The notes beneath the pieces are model-generated. The model was not told where the DNA came from and searched no databases. It worked only from the letters and a program-made list of their open reading frames with translations. The position numbers and the translations under genes are program-made. A stretch of DNA of 64,000 nt from an uncultured Chloroflexia bacterium (lineage in GTDB: Bacteria > Chloroflexota > Limnocylindria > QHBO01), in NCBI GenBank assembly GCA_963699235.1, contig OY969424.1, positions 784,884 to 848,883 on the forward strand. Reading direction: 5' to 3'. Shown here in pieces: positions 24,866-32,306 of this stretch. How positions within the stretch are numbered: position 1 is the stretch's first letter; each line of letters begins with the position of its first letter.

Positions 24866-25239
24866 TCAGGTCCCGGCGAAGAACTCGTTGATGGCGCCGG
24901 TGTCATTCGAGAAGGCCCAGCGCGCGGTGACCTTGCCGTCCTTCACGTGATAGATCTCGGCTGTGCGGTACGTAAGCGACTTGCCGCCCATCGTGGCGGT
25001 GGCGGTCACCAGGGCGATGGCGTGCTCCTCGTTGGCCAGCATGTCATGAAGATCGGTCGTGATCTGCCAGTCGGGTAGGCCCCGGCGAATCGCTCCGCCA
25101 GCGCAGCTTTCCCTCGGATCGGCTCGTCGCGACCGATCTCGTGCCATTCGACGTCGTCGGCGATCAGGGCCGCCGCGGCCTCGGTGTCCAGCGCGTTGAA
25201 TGCATCCAGGCAGCTGACGAAGCACCTTGAGCGATGCAT
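24866..25239 (-). pseudogene. SnoaL-like protein, tandem copy 2, one frame break near 25078..25084
   Basis: The N-part MHRSRCFVSCLDAFNALDTEAAAALIADDVEWHEIGRDEPIRGKAALAERFAG is in the frame of ORF 25006..25749. The C-part LPDWQITTDLHDML...YHVKDGKVTARWAFSNDTGAINEFFAGT is in ORF 24866..25315. The 374-nt length fits a 1-nt loss. Confidence 0.65.
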
Positions 25240-25357
25240 CAGACGCTCGATTGTCGTGGTCGCCTTCGTGGTGGGACATGGATGTGGATCCTCTGGGCGA
25301 TGGGTGGACGGCCATCGTACGCCTCGGACCCAGTTCTCAGGCCCTACGCGGCCGTGA

Positions 25358-25749
25358 TCAGGTCCCGGCGAAGAACTCTGTTGATGGCCTCGGTGTCGTC
25401 GGACATCGCCCATCGGCCGGTGATCTTGCCGTCCTTGATGTGATAGACCTCGGCGACCTTGTAGTCGATCGTCTTGTCGCCCCAGACCGCATGCGCGCTG
25501 AGCAGGGCCACCGCGTGGTCGTCGCCACCGACGATGTCGTGGGTCTCGCCGCCGGTGATCTCCCACTCGGGCTTGCCGGATCCCATCATCCGCTCCCGCA
25601 GGGCGGCCTTGCCGTGGATGGGCTCGCTCGCGGCCGATCTCGTGCCACTCGACGTCATCGGCCAGGAAATTCCCGGCGGCTTCGGGGTCGTTCGAGGTGA
25701 AGGTTTCGAGGTACTGGCGCACGAGCGCCGCGTTCGGATGGTCTGCCAT
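25358..25749 (-). pseudogene. SnoaL-like protein, tandem copy 1, two frame breaks (about 25623..25629 and 25377..25380)
   Basis: MADHPNAALVRQYLETFTSNDPEAAGNFLADDVEWHEIGR is in one frame and EPIHGKAALRERMMGSGKPEWEITGG...YHIKDGKITGRWAMSDDTEAIN in another. An extra t in gaactcTgttgatgg, relative to copy 2, shifts the last codons. Confidence 0.65.
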
Positions 25750-25794
25750 GAGCTTCTCCTCAGTGTTGGGACGGGGACGCCAAGCCTACGCCGC

Positions 25795-26817
25795 TCAGAC
25801 GGTGATGACGACCTTGCCCTGCGCCTTCCCGGATTCCAGGTAGCCCATGGCCTCGGCAGCCTGCGCCAGCGGGTACGTCCGATCGACGGCCGGCCGGATC
25901 TTGCCGGCCTCGATGAGCTCCTTCAGCGCCAGGAAGTCCTCCTTGCGGTCCTCCGCGACGTACACCCGGATCCTCTGGCCCAGCAACTTCGAGCGGAGCG
26001 CGCCCGCCATGGGGTGGAATAGCGGGGCGATCCACCGCCCACGCGTCGCGCCGCACAGGACCAGCGTCCCTCCCGGGCGAAGGATCCGCCTCAGGTCGGA
26101 GATGGAGCGGCTGGCCCCGCCGATGTCGAAGACCATGTCATAGCGATCCGCGCCGGTGGTGAAGTCCTCCCGGGAGTAGTCGATGACCCGGTCGGCGCCC
26201 AGCGATCGCACGAACTCCACGTTCTCGGTCCGGGTGACCGCCGTCACCTTCGCTCCGAACGCCTTGGCGATCTGCACCGCGAATGACCCGACCCCACCAC
26301 CGGCTCCGAACACGAGAACCGTCTGCCCGGCCTGCACCTGGCCGTGGTCCCGCAGCCCCTGGAGCGCGGTCACGCCCGCGGTCGGGATGGCGGCGGCCTC
26401 CTCGAAGTTCAGGCCCGCCGGCATCGGGGCGAAGTCCGTCTCGCGCCCGGCCACGTACTCGGCGAACGTCGCGGGGCGCGTGCCGAAGACCTCGTCCCCC
26501 GGCTGGAAGGTGGTGACGCTCGTTCCGACCGCCTCCACCACGCCGGCCAGGTCTACACCGCGAACGGCCTGCTTCGGACGGCGCCACCCCGACGACGGGC
26601 GCAGGAAGAGGATCGGCTCGCCCCGCATCCCCCGCCAGTCCAGCGAGTTGGCTGAAGCCGCCCGGACGCGAACGAGGATCCCGTCCTCGCCGATCTCCGG
26701 CTTGGGGATGTCGGTCAGCTCCAGGACGGCGGGGGAGCCATACCGATGCTGGGCCACGGCCTGCATCGTCCTCTCCGAGATCTGGGTCTTCTCCTGGGTC
26801 AGGGCGTCGGCGGTCAT
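25795..26817 (-). CDS. NAD(P)H-dependent quinone oxidoreductase / zinc-type alcohol dehydrogenase family (MDR)
   Basis: ORF 25795..26817, 340 aa. ATG preceded by AAGGAGAGG. Rossmann motif VFGAGGGVGSFAVQIAK and the ending GKVVITV. Confidence 0.85.
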   Translation of the reverse strand: MTADALTQEKTQISERTMQAVAQHRYGSPAVLELTDIPKPEIGEDGILVRVRAASANSLDWRGMRGEPILFLRPSSGWRRPKQAVRGVDLAGVVEAVGTSVTTFQPGDEVFGTRPATFAEYVAGRETDFAPMPAGLNFEEAAAIPTAGVTALQGLRDHGQVQAGQTVLVFGAGGGVGSFAVQIAKAFGAKVTAVTRTENVEFVRSLGADRVIDYSREDFTTGADRYDMVFDIGGASRSISDLRRILRPGGTLVLCGATRGRWIAPLFHPMAGALRSKLLGQRIRVYVAEDRKEDFLALKELIEAGKIRPAVDRTYPLAQAAEAMGYLESGKAQGKVVITV

Positions 26818-26858
26818 TGTCCTCTCCTTGCCTCCAGCCGTTCATCGGCTTGGAGTAG

Positions 26859-26896
26859 TCTTACGTCGTAAGATAGATTGCTCTTACGCTGTAAGA
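26859..26896. promoter_or_regulatory. two palindromic candidate TetR operators in the divergent intergenic region
   Basis: TCTTACGTCGTAAGA (26859..26873, 7-1-7 palindrome) and TCTTACGCTGTAAGA (26882..26896, 6-3-6 palindrome). They lie between the oxidoreductase start (26817) and the TetR start (26959). Confidence 0.55.
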
Positions 26897-26958
26897 TTGT
26901 CAAGCCCGAATTGTCGGGAATCCGATGCGTTCGTAGAACCCGTGAAAGGAGGCAGCCC

Positions 26959-27666
26959 GTGGCCAGGCCGGTCCAGTCGAAACAGCGCGAGCCCATGAGC
27001 CGTGACCGCGTGCTGCGCACGGCCATCGGTCTGGCCGACACGGAGGGGATCGGCGCCCTGACCATGCGCCGCCTGGCGCAGGAGCTGGGCGTGGAGGCCA
27101 TGACCCTGTACCACTACGTCGCGAACAAGGACGAGATGCTGGACGGGATGGTGGACCTCGTCGCGGGCGAGGTGGAGCTGCCCGATGGGGGAGGGGACTG
27201 GAAGCGCGCCACCCGGCGGCGGGCCCTCGCCGCCCGTGAGGTCTTCGTCCGCCATCCGTGGGTCGTCGCCCTGTGGATCCGGTTGCGGGTGGGTCCCAGG
27301 CGCATCGGCTACATGGACTCCGCCCTGCGCACGTACCGGGAGGCCGGCCTGTCGCCGGAGATCACCGAGCGGGTGTTTCACGCGGTGGAGAACCACATCA
27401 TCGGCTACACCCTTCAGGCCGAGGCCTTCCCCCTCGAAGACGAGGACCTCGCCGCGGCGGGCCAGGCATTCCTGCGGACCCTCTCGACCGAGGACTACCC
27501 GCACCTGGCCGAGCACATCGGTCAGCACCTGGAGAAGGGGACCCTGGACGAGGGCGACTTCGAGTTCGGCCTGGACCTCATCCTGGACGGCGTCGAGCGA
27601 CTCGCCGATGAGGAGGCACCAGCCGGAGTGAATCCAAAGCGCAGGTCGAAGAAGCGGCTGCGCTAG
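26959..27666 (+). CDS. TetR/AcrR family transcriptional regulator
   Basis: Frame of ORF 26878..27666. GTG 26959 lies 6 nt after GAAAGGAGG; an alternative ATG is at 26995. HTH sequence GIGALTMRRLAQELGVEAMTLYHYVANKDE. Confidence 0.85.
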   Translation: MARPVQSKQREPMSRDRVLRTAIGLADTEGIGALTMRRLAQELGVEAMTLYHYVANKDEMLDGMVDLVAGEVELPDGGGDWKRATRRRALAAREVFVRHPWVVALWIRLRVGPRRIGYMDSALRTYREAGLSPEITERVFHAVENHIIGYTLQAEAFPLEDEDLAAAGQAFLRTLSTEDYPHLAEHIGQHLEKGTLDEGDFEFGLDLILDGVERLADEEAPAGVNPKRRSKKRLR

Positions 27667-28003
27667 GGCCTGTTGCCGCCGACCTGGGCGCTATCGGCCG
27701 CGCCGAACGCGGCCCGCTCCCGCGATCCCGAATTACGGCGCGGCGATGCACATGCTGCAGGTCGCGCGCCACGACGTGGACGCGTTCGCGCGTCGGAGGA
27801 GCCATCCAGTGCCGTCAACCGCCCCTACGCACCGCTACTTCCTCTGGGTGCCGCCAACGGTCAAGACAGCTCGTGAAGGAGTCGCCTGGACCTTCGGTCT
27901 GACGGCCGACCAGTACGCGCCGAAGAGCCAGTCGTGAACCAATCCGAAGCTCTCCGGGCCTGCGGCCGGTCGATTCCGCTGCGCTCACCAGCGACTTGGG
28001 AGA

Positions 28004-28204
28004 TCAGTGACGGCGACGGCGGTGGCCCACGTGCCAGCCGGGGCAGAACTCGCATCGGTATGGTTTGAGACTGCCGTCTTGGCGTCGCCCGTGGCGAAGC
28101 ATGGACTTCGCTTCGCCGCGGCTGACGAACATCGTCTTCGAGGTGCAGCTGCGCTCGATGCGGGGCAGGTTTCGGTTGATGAACTGGTGGTAGTCGACGC
28201 TCAT
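28004..28204 (-). CDS. small zinc-ribbon protein (C..K..F.S..EA...YRC..C.GWH family)
   Basis: Lower part of ORF 28004..28282, starting at MSVDYHQF. CTSKTMFVSRGEAKSML....YRCEFCPGWHVGH resembles small actinobacterial and phage-associated proteins ending in ..C.GWHLTS. The start is uncertain. Confidence 0.45.
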   Translation of the reverse strand: MSVDYHQFINRNLPRIERSCTSKTMFVSRGEAKSMLRHGRRQDGSLKPYRCEFCPGWHVGHRRRRH

Positions 28205-28280
28205 GCCGGCATCGTCGATGGGCGTCGTGACACCTAGCGTGTCGCCTTTGTCCGGCGCGATTCCGTACTCTGGACATCGC

Positions 28281-28877
28281 ATGCCAGGTCAACCCAAGCC
28301 CGTCCTCGGGGAGCGCTTCATCGACGCCGTCGCGTACGCGGTGGAGCTGCACGCCAAACAGGCGCGGAAGGGCACGACCTTCCCGTATCTGACCCACCTG
28401 CTCGCCGTCTGCAGCCTCGTGCTCGAGGATGGCGGGACCGAGGACGAGGCAATCGCTGCCCTCCTCCACGACGGTCCCGAGGACCAGGGCGGCGAGCCGA
28501 TCCTGGCCGAAATCCAGACGCGATTCGGCGAAGACGTAGCGGCGATGGTCGAAGGCTTGAGCGACTCGCTGAAGGCCGTGGGCGAGGACAAAGAGCCCTG
28601 GCGACCGCGGAAGGAGCGCTACCTCGAGCGGCTCGCTTCGGAACCTGAATCGGTCCTCCGCGTGGCCCTGGCTGACAAGATCCACAACGCTCGATCGATG
28701 GCAGTGGATGACGCGACGCATGGGGCGAGTCCCTCTGGGATCGGTTCCACGTCGGTCATGAAGATCAGGCGTGGTACTTCGGCGAACTTCTCGCGCACCT
28801 TCAAGAAGCGGATTCCGGAATCAAGGAATCTGCCGGAGTTCGAGTCATCTGGTTCATCGACTGTTCGGCTCGATTGA
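28281..28877 (+). CDS. RelA/SpoT-type HD-domain hydrolase (small alarmone hydrolase-like), with an internal out-of-frame segment
   Basis: MPGQPKPVLGERFIDAVAYAVELHAKQARKG..PYLTHLLAV...AALLHDGPED lies in ORF 28203..28877. The conserved ESLWDRFHVGHEDQAWYFGELLA block (28727..28795) is readable only in another frame, bracketed by a -1 change at about 28725 and a +1 change at about 28796. Confidence 0.65.
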   Translation: MPGQPKPVLGERFIDAVAYAVELHAKQARKGTTFPYLTHLLAVCSLVLEDGGTEDEAIAALLHDGPEDQGGEPILAEIQTRFGEDVAAMVEGLSDSLKAVGEDKEPWRPRKERYLERLASEPESVLRVALADKIHNARSMAVDDATHGASPSGIGSTSVMKIRRGTSANFSRTFKKRIPESRNLPEFESSGSSTVRLD

Positions 28878-28880
28878 CCA

Positions 28881-29112
28881 ATGAAGAGGCAGTGGCGGGT
28901 CTACGTACTTGAACTCGAGGATGCTGCACGGTCCGGGGAGGCTGCCGGACAAGCCGAATCTCTACGTGGGCGCAGACTGCGACGGACAGTCCTCGAGCGA
29001 CTGCGGCGCTCATCTGACTGACTCGATGATCGGGAGCAGCAAGGTACGAAAGCACTTTCGCGCGATTCGGTTCGACCTCTTCGAAGACCTCGCGGCCCTA
29101 CGAGTCGAAGGA
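28881..29112 (+). pseudogene. GIY-YIG-like (Uri-superfamily-like) small protein, copy A, frame break about 28935..28939, stop lost
   Basis: MKRQWRVYVLELEDAARSG (frame of ATG 28881) continues as RLPDKPNLYVG....HL....GSSKVRKHFRAIRFDLFEDL in ORF 28909..29241. It resembles a family I recall as VYV.EL....KP..YVG.T....R...H..G. It runs into the HD fragment without a stop. Confidence 0.45.
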
Positions 29113-29409
29113 AGACGCGCGCAGCGCTACCCGAGCGTCTCGATGCGGAGTCCAAGATCGGTCCTGCGCGTGTCCCTCGCCGACAAGCTGCACAACGCGC
29201 GATCGATCGAGACAGACCTTGCGGATCCGATCTGTCGGTGAGGGCGGTCTGGGAGCGGTTCAATGTTGGGATCGAGGACCAGGAGTGGTACTACCAGAAG
29301 CCTGCTCGCCATCTTCGAGCGGCGCCTCGGAAAGTCGCGAAACCTCCCAGCATTTCGAGAGATCGTCCTGACGTTCTTCCCGGTGGCTTCAGAGGTGCGC
29401 CTCGACTCG
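29113..29409 (+). pseudogene. duplicated 3' fragment of the HD-domain gene, at least two frame breaks
   Basis: RYPSVSMRSPRSVLRVSLADKLHNARS, then AVWERFNVGIEDQEWYYQ (other frame), then SLLAIFERRLGKSRNLPAFREIV..EVRLD. Colinear with 28612..28877 of the intact-length copy. Breaks at about 29230..29243 and about 29298. Confidence 0.55.
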
Positions 29410-29683
29410 GACTTCCGCGCCAGACTCCGACGCGGTGTCCGGTCCGTCCCCTCGAACACTGACCCGCGGGGGAGTTACGCCGTCTACGTTGCCCTGCTTC
29501 ATAACGTGCCCAAGGACCCCGGCGAGTACAGCCTGTACGTCGGATCCACTGGAAAGCACTCCGAAGTGCGATACATCGAGCACTTGCTCGGCTACCACTG
29601 CCCGAAACGACTGGATCGAAGAACATGGAGCCGGACTTCTACCTGCGAGTTTCGCGCAGGTTGAACCCGATGAGGTCGAGTAA
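29410..29683 (+). pseudogene. GIY-YIG-like small protein, copy B, no own start codon, frame break about 29599
   Basis: GSYAVYVALLHNVPKDPGEYSLYVGSTGKHSEVRYIEHLLGYH (frame of ORF 29263..29664) continues as ARNDWIEEHGAGLLPASFAQVEPDEVE* in ORF 29435..29683. Confidence 0.45.
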
Positions 29684-29772
29684 CGATGCGCGGGCCACCG
29701 AGGAATCGTTGATAGCGGTCACTCAAGGCTGAAGGCCTCGACGGTTCACGGGAAGAGCCTGACTGCCGCGAG

Positions 29773-30276
29773 TTACTTCGGGAAGTCCTTCGGCTTGAAG
29801 GCGTACGACCACATCGAGGTCGGCGCCACGCGGAAGAAGATGACGTTGCCCCAGCTGTAGGGGTCCGAGCCGTACTGGGCCACCCAGGCGCCGTGGATCT
29901 CGTCGTGGTCGGGGTGGTCGCGGGTGATCCACTCGACCGTGCCGTTGGCGACGACCGCCATCTGATCGGTCTCCATGTAGACCACCGAGCAGGCCGGGTT
30001 GGCCCGGAGGTGACCGATGCGGGTGGCCGTCTCATCGGTCGACAGGGTGAATCGGCCGTGAATGAAGAGCGAGTCGAGCGGCGAGACGCGGGGCTCGCCC
30101 CTGGCGTTGACCGTGGAGAAGGCCACGATCCGGGTGCCCTGGAGATGGGTGACGACCTGCTGCGCGGTCAGCCGCCGCTTGGGCGTGACGATGGCCGCGA
30201 AGTGGGGGTTGATGTTCGCCATCGTCGCGTCGATCAGCCGCTGGAGCTCCGCGATCTCCTCCGGCGTCTCGCGCAT
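29773..30276 (-). CDS. pyridoxamine 5'-phosphate oxidase family protein (possibly F420/FMN-binding)
   Basis: ORF 29773..30276, 167 aa. PPOX-like split-barrel pattern (TAQQVVTHLQGTRIVAFSTVNARGEPRVSPLDSLFIHGRF). Confidence 0.75.
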   Translation of the reverse strand: MRETPEEIAELQRLIDATMANINPHFAAIVTPKRRLTAQQVVTHLQGTRIVAFSTVNARGEPRVSPLDSLFIHGRFTLSTDETATRIGHLRANPACSVVYMETDQMAVVANGTVEWITRDHPDHDEIHGAWVAQYGSDPYSWGNVIFFRVAPTSMWSYAFKPKDFPK

Positions 30277-30341
30277 GGCCCGAGTCTAGGCGTCCCGAAG
30301 CGACGCGGGGCCCGCGCGTCGAATGTGCTACCATGTGCGTC

Positions 30342-30632
30342 ATGGCAGACCTGCCCAGGGTGGGGATCCGCGAGCTGCGCCAGAACCTATCGGTCTACAT
30401 CAAGCGCATCCGGGAGGAAGGCCGCTCGTACGAGGTGACCGAGCATGGTCGCCCCGTCGCCCGCCTGACCCCGCTGACCGATGAACCCATGTCCGTGCTG
30501 GACCGGCTGATCGCCGACGGCAAGGTCACCCCCGCCACGGGTGACCTATTGGATCTCGAACCGCTGCCCGCCCTGCCCGGCAAGCAGCTGTCGGAGATCC
30601 TGCAGGAGATGCGCGACGAAGAGCCGTGGTGA
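30342..30632 (+). CDS. type II antitoxin, Phd/YefM family
   Basis: ATG 30342 in ORF 30333..30632 (MADLPRVGIRELRQNLSVYIKRIREEGRSYEVTEHGRPVARLTP). TACCAT (30329..30334) lies 7 nt upstream, which fits a leaderless -10. Confidence 0.85.
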   Translation: MADLPRVGIRELRQNLSVYIKRIREEGRSYEVTEHGRPVARLTPLTDEPMSVLDRLIADGKVTPATGDLLDLEPLPALPGKQLSEILQEMRDEEPW

Positions 30633-31027
30633 ACGGCGCAGTCTGCTACCTCGACGCCTCGGCGCTGGTGAAGCTGGTGATCACCGAGGCTGAGACGCCG
30701 GCGCTGCGAGGGTTCCTCCGCGGTCATCCGCGTCGAGCGTCGAGCCGCCTGGCTGGGGTCGAGGTCGCCCGTGCTCTCGCTCGCCTGGAAGTCGGCGCCG
30801 AGGATGCGCTCGGGAGGCTGTTGCCCGACCTGCACCTGGTCGACATCAGCGACGAGATTCTCGATGAGGCTGCGCGGCTTGCGCCGACCACGCTGCGAAC
30901 GCTGGACGCCATCCACCTGGCCACCGCGCTTCGGCTGCGGCCCGACCTGGCCGCCCTCGTCACCTATGACCGGCGCCTCGCGGAGGCGGCGGAGGACGCG
31001 GGTCTGCCCGTCGTCGCGCCGAGCTAG
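30626..31027 (+). CDS. type II toxin, PIN-domain VapC ribonuclease
   Basis: ORF 30626..31027. The start overlaps the antitoxin stop. PIN acidic residues in context (YLDASALV ... LRTLDAIHLATA ... LVTYDRRL). Confidence 0.85.
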   Translation: MVNGAVCYLDASALVKLVITEAETPALRGFLRGHPRRASSRLAGVEVARALARLEVGAEDALGRLLPDLHLVDISDEILDEAARLAPTTLRTLDAIHLATALRLRPDLAALVTYDRRLAEAAEDAGLPVVAPS

Positions 31028-31038
31028 GTCGGCTCTGC

Positions 31039-31095
31039 GGTACGTGCGGGAGGGCGTATCGGTACGTGCGAGGGCGTATCGGTAAGCGGGTAGGC
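31039..31095 (+). repeat. tandem 20-22 bp direct repeat (2.5 units) upstream of the cyclase gene
   Basis: GGTACGTGCGGGAGGGCGTATC (31039..31060), GGTACGTGCGAGGGCGTATC (31061..31080) and GGTAAGCGGGTAGGC (31081..31095). The array ends 7 nt before ATG 31103. Confidence 0.65.
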
Positions 31096-31102
31096 TTGCG
31101 GC

Positions 31103-32306
31103 ATGACTGACTTCTCGCGCCAGGAGACCGCCGATCGGGCCGGGGTGCCGCTCGACGAGGTCACCCGCCTGGTGGACCTCGGGATCCTGGCCCCGACCGA
31201 GGGCGACCGGTTCACGGCGGGCGACGCCCGGCGCATCGGCCTCGTCCAGACCCTCGAGCGGGCCGGGATGCCGGTGGACGGGCTGGGCACGCTCATGCGC
31301 AGCCGGGACGTGTCGCTGGACTTCATGGACAGCCCGCTGTTCGAGCGCTTCGCGACGCTCAGCCCGATCACCTTCGCGCAGCTGAGCGAGAAGACCGGGA
31401 TCCCGGTCGACATGCTCATGACCATCCGCGAGGCGACCGGCGCCCCCACGCCGCAGTCGGACGACCTGGTCCGCGAGGACGAGCTCGACGTCGTCCCGCT
31501 CCTCGAGGCACACGTCGCCCGGGGCATGGACGCGCAGGCCACCGAGCGGCTGCTCCGGGTCCTGGGCGACAACCTCCGCCGGGTGGCGGAGTCGCAGGCC
31601 GAGTGGTGGCAAACCCAGATCGTCCTGCCGCTCGTCCGGGACGGGCTGAATGCCGGCGCCATCGGTGACGCGACCGCGGCCTTCGGTCTCGAGCTCAACG
31701 AGCGGTACCAGCGCGCGTTCCTCGCCATCCAGCATGCCCAGGAGGCGCGAACCTGGACGGGGAACATTCTCGCCCAGATCGAGTGGAGCATGACCCAGGC
31801 CGGGCTCTACGCCCGCCAGGATCGGCCGCCGGCGATGTGCTTCTTCGACATCACCGGCTACACCCGCCTGACCCAGGAGCGCGGCGACCAGGCAGCCGCC
31901 GCCCTGGCGACCTCGTTCTCGCGGATGGTGCAGCGCACCTCGTCGCAGTACGACGGGCGGGCCGTGAAATGGCTGGGCGACGGGGTGATGTTCTACTTCG
32001 CCGATCCCGGCCCGGGAGTGGTGGCCGCGCTGGACATGATGGAAGGCGCCGCCGAGGCGGGGCTACCGCCAGCCCACGTGGGGCTCCACGCCGGCCCGGT
32101 CCTGTTCCAGGAGGGCGACTACTACGGCCAGACGGTCAACCTGGCGGCCCGGATCGCGGACTACGCCCGGCCCGGCGAGGTGCTCGTCAGCCAGGCGGTG
32201 GTCGAGGCCGCGACGGATGCGCCGGCCTGCATTCACCGAGATCGGTCCGGTGGAGCTCAAGGGCGTCCAGGGGCCGACCCAGCTCCACGTCGCGCGCCGA
32301 GGCTGA
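31103..32306 (+). pseudogene. HTH (MerR-like N-terminus) - class III adenylate/guanylate cyclase, single frame break about 32229..32232 (may be an assembly indel)
   Basis: ORF 31103..32482 holds the cyclase core (CFFDITGYTRLTQERGD ... VKWLGDGVMFYF ... HAGPVLFQEGDYYGQTVNLAARI). The expected end FTEIGPVELKGVQGPTQLHVARRG* is in the next frame, with its stop at 32304..32306. Confidence 0.75.

Noticed and set aside
27746-27937. ORF 27746..27937 (63 aa) in the gap between TetR and the lower-GC island
   Set aside because: It has no ribosome-binding site, no recognisable motif and ambiguous strand preference. I left it unannotated.
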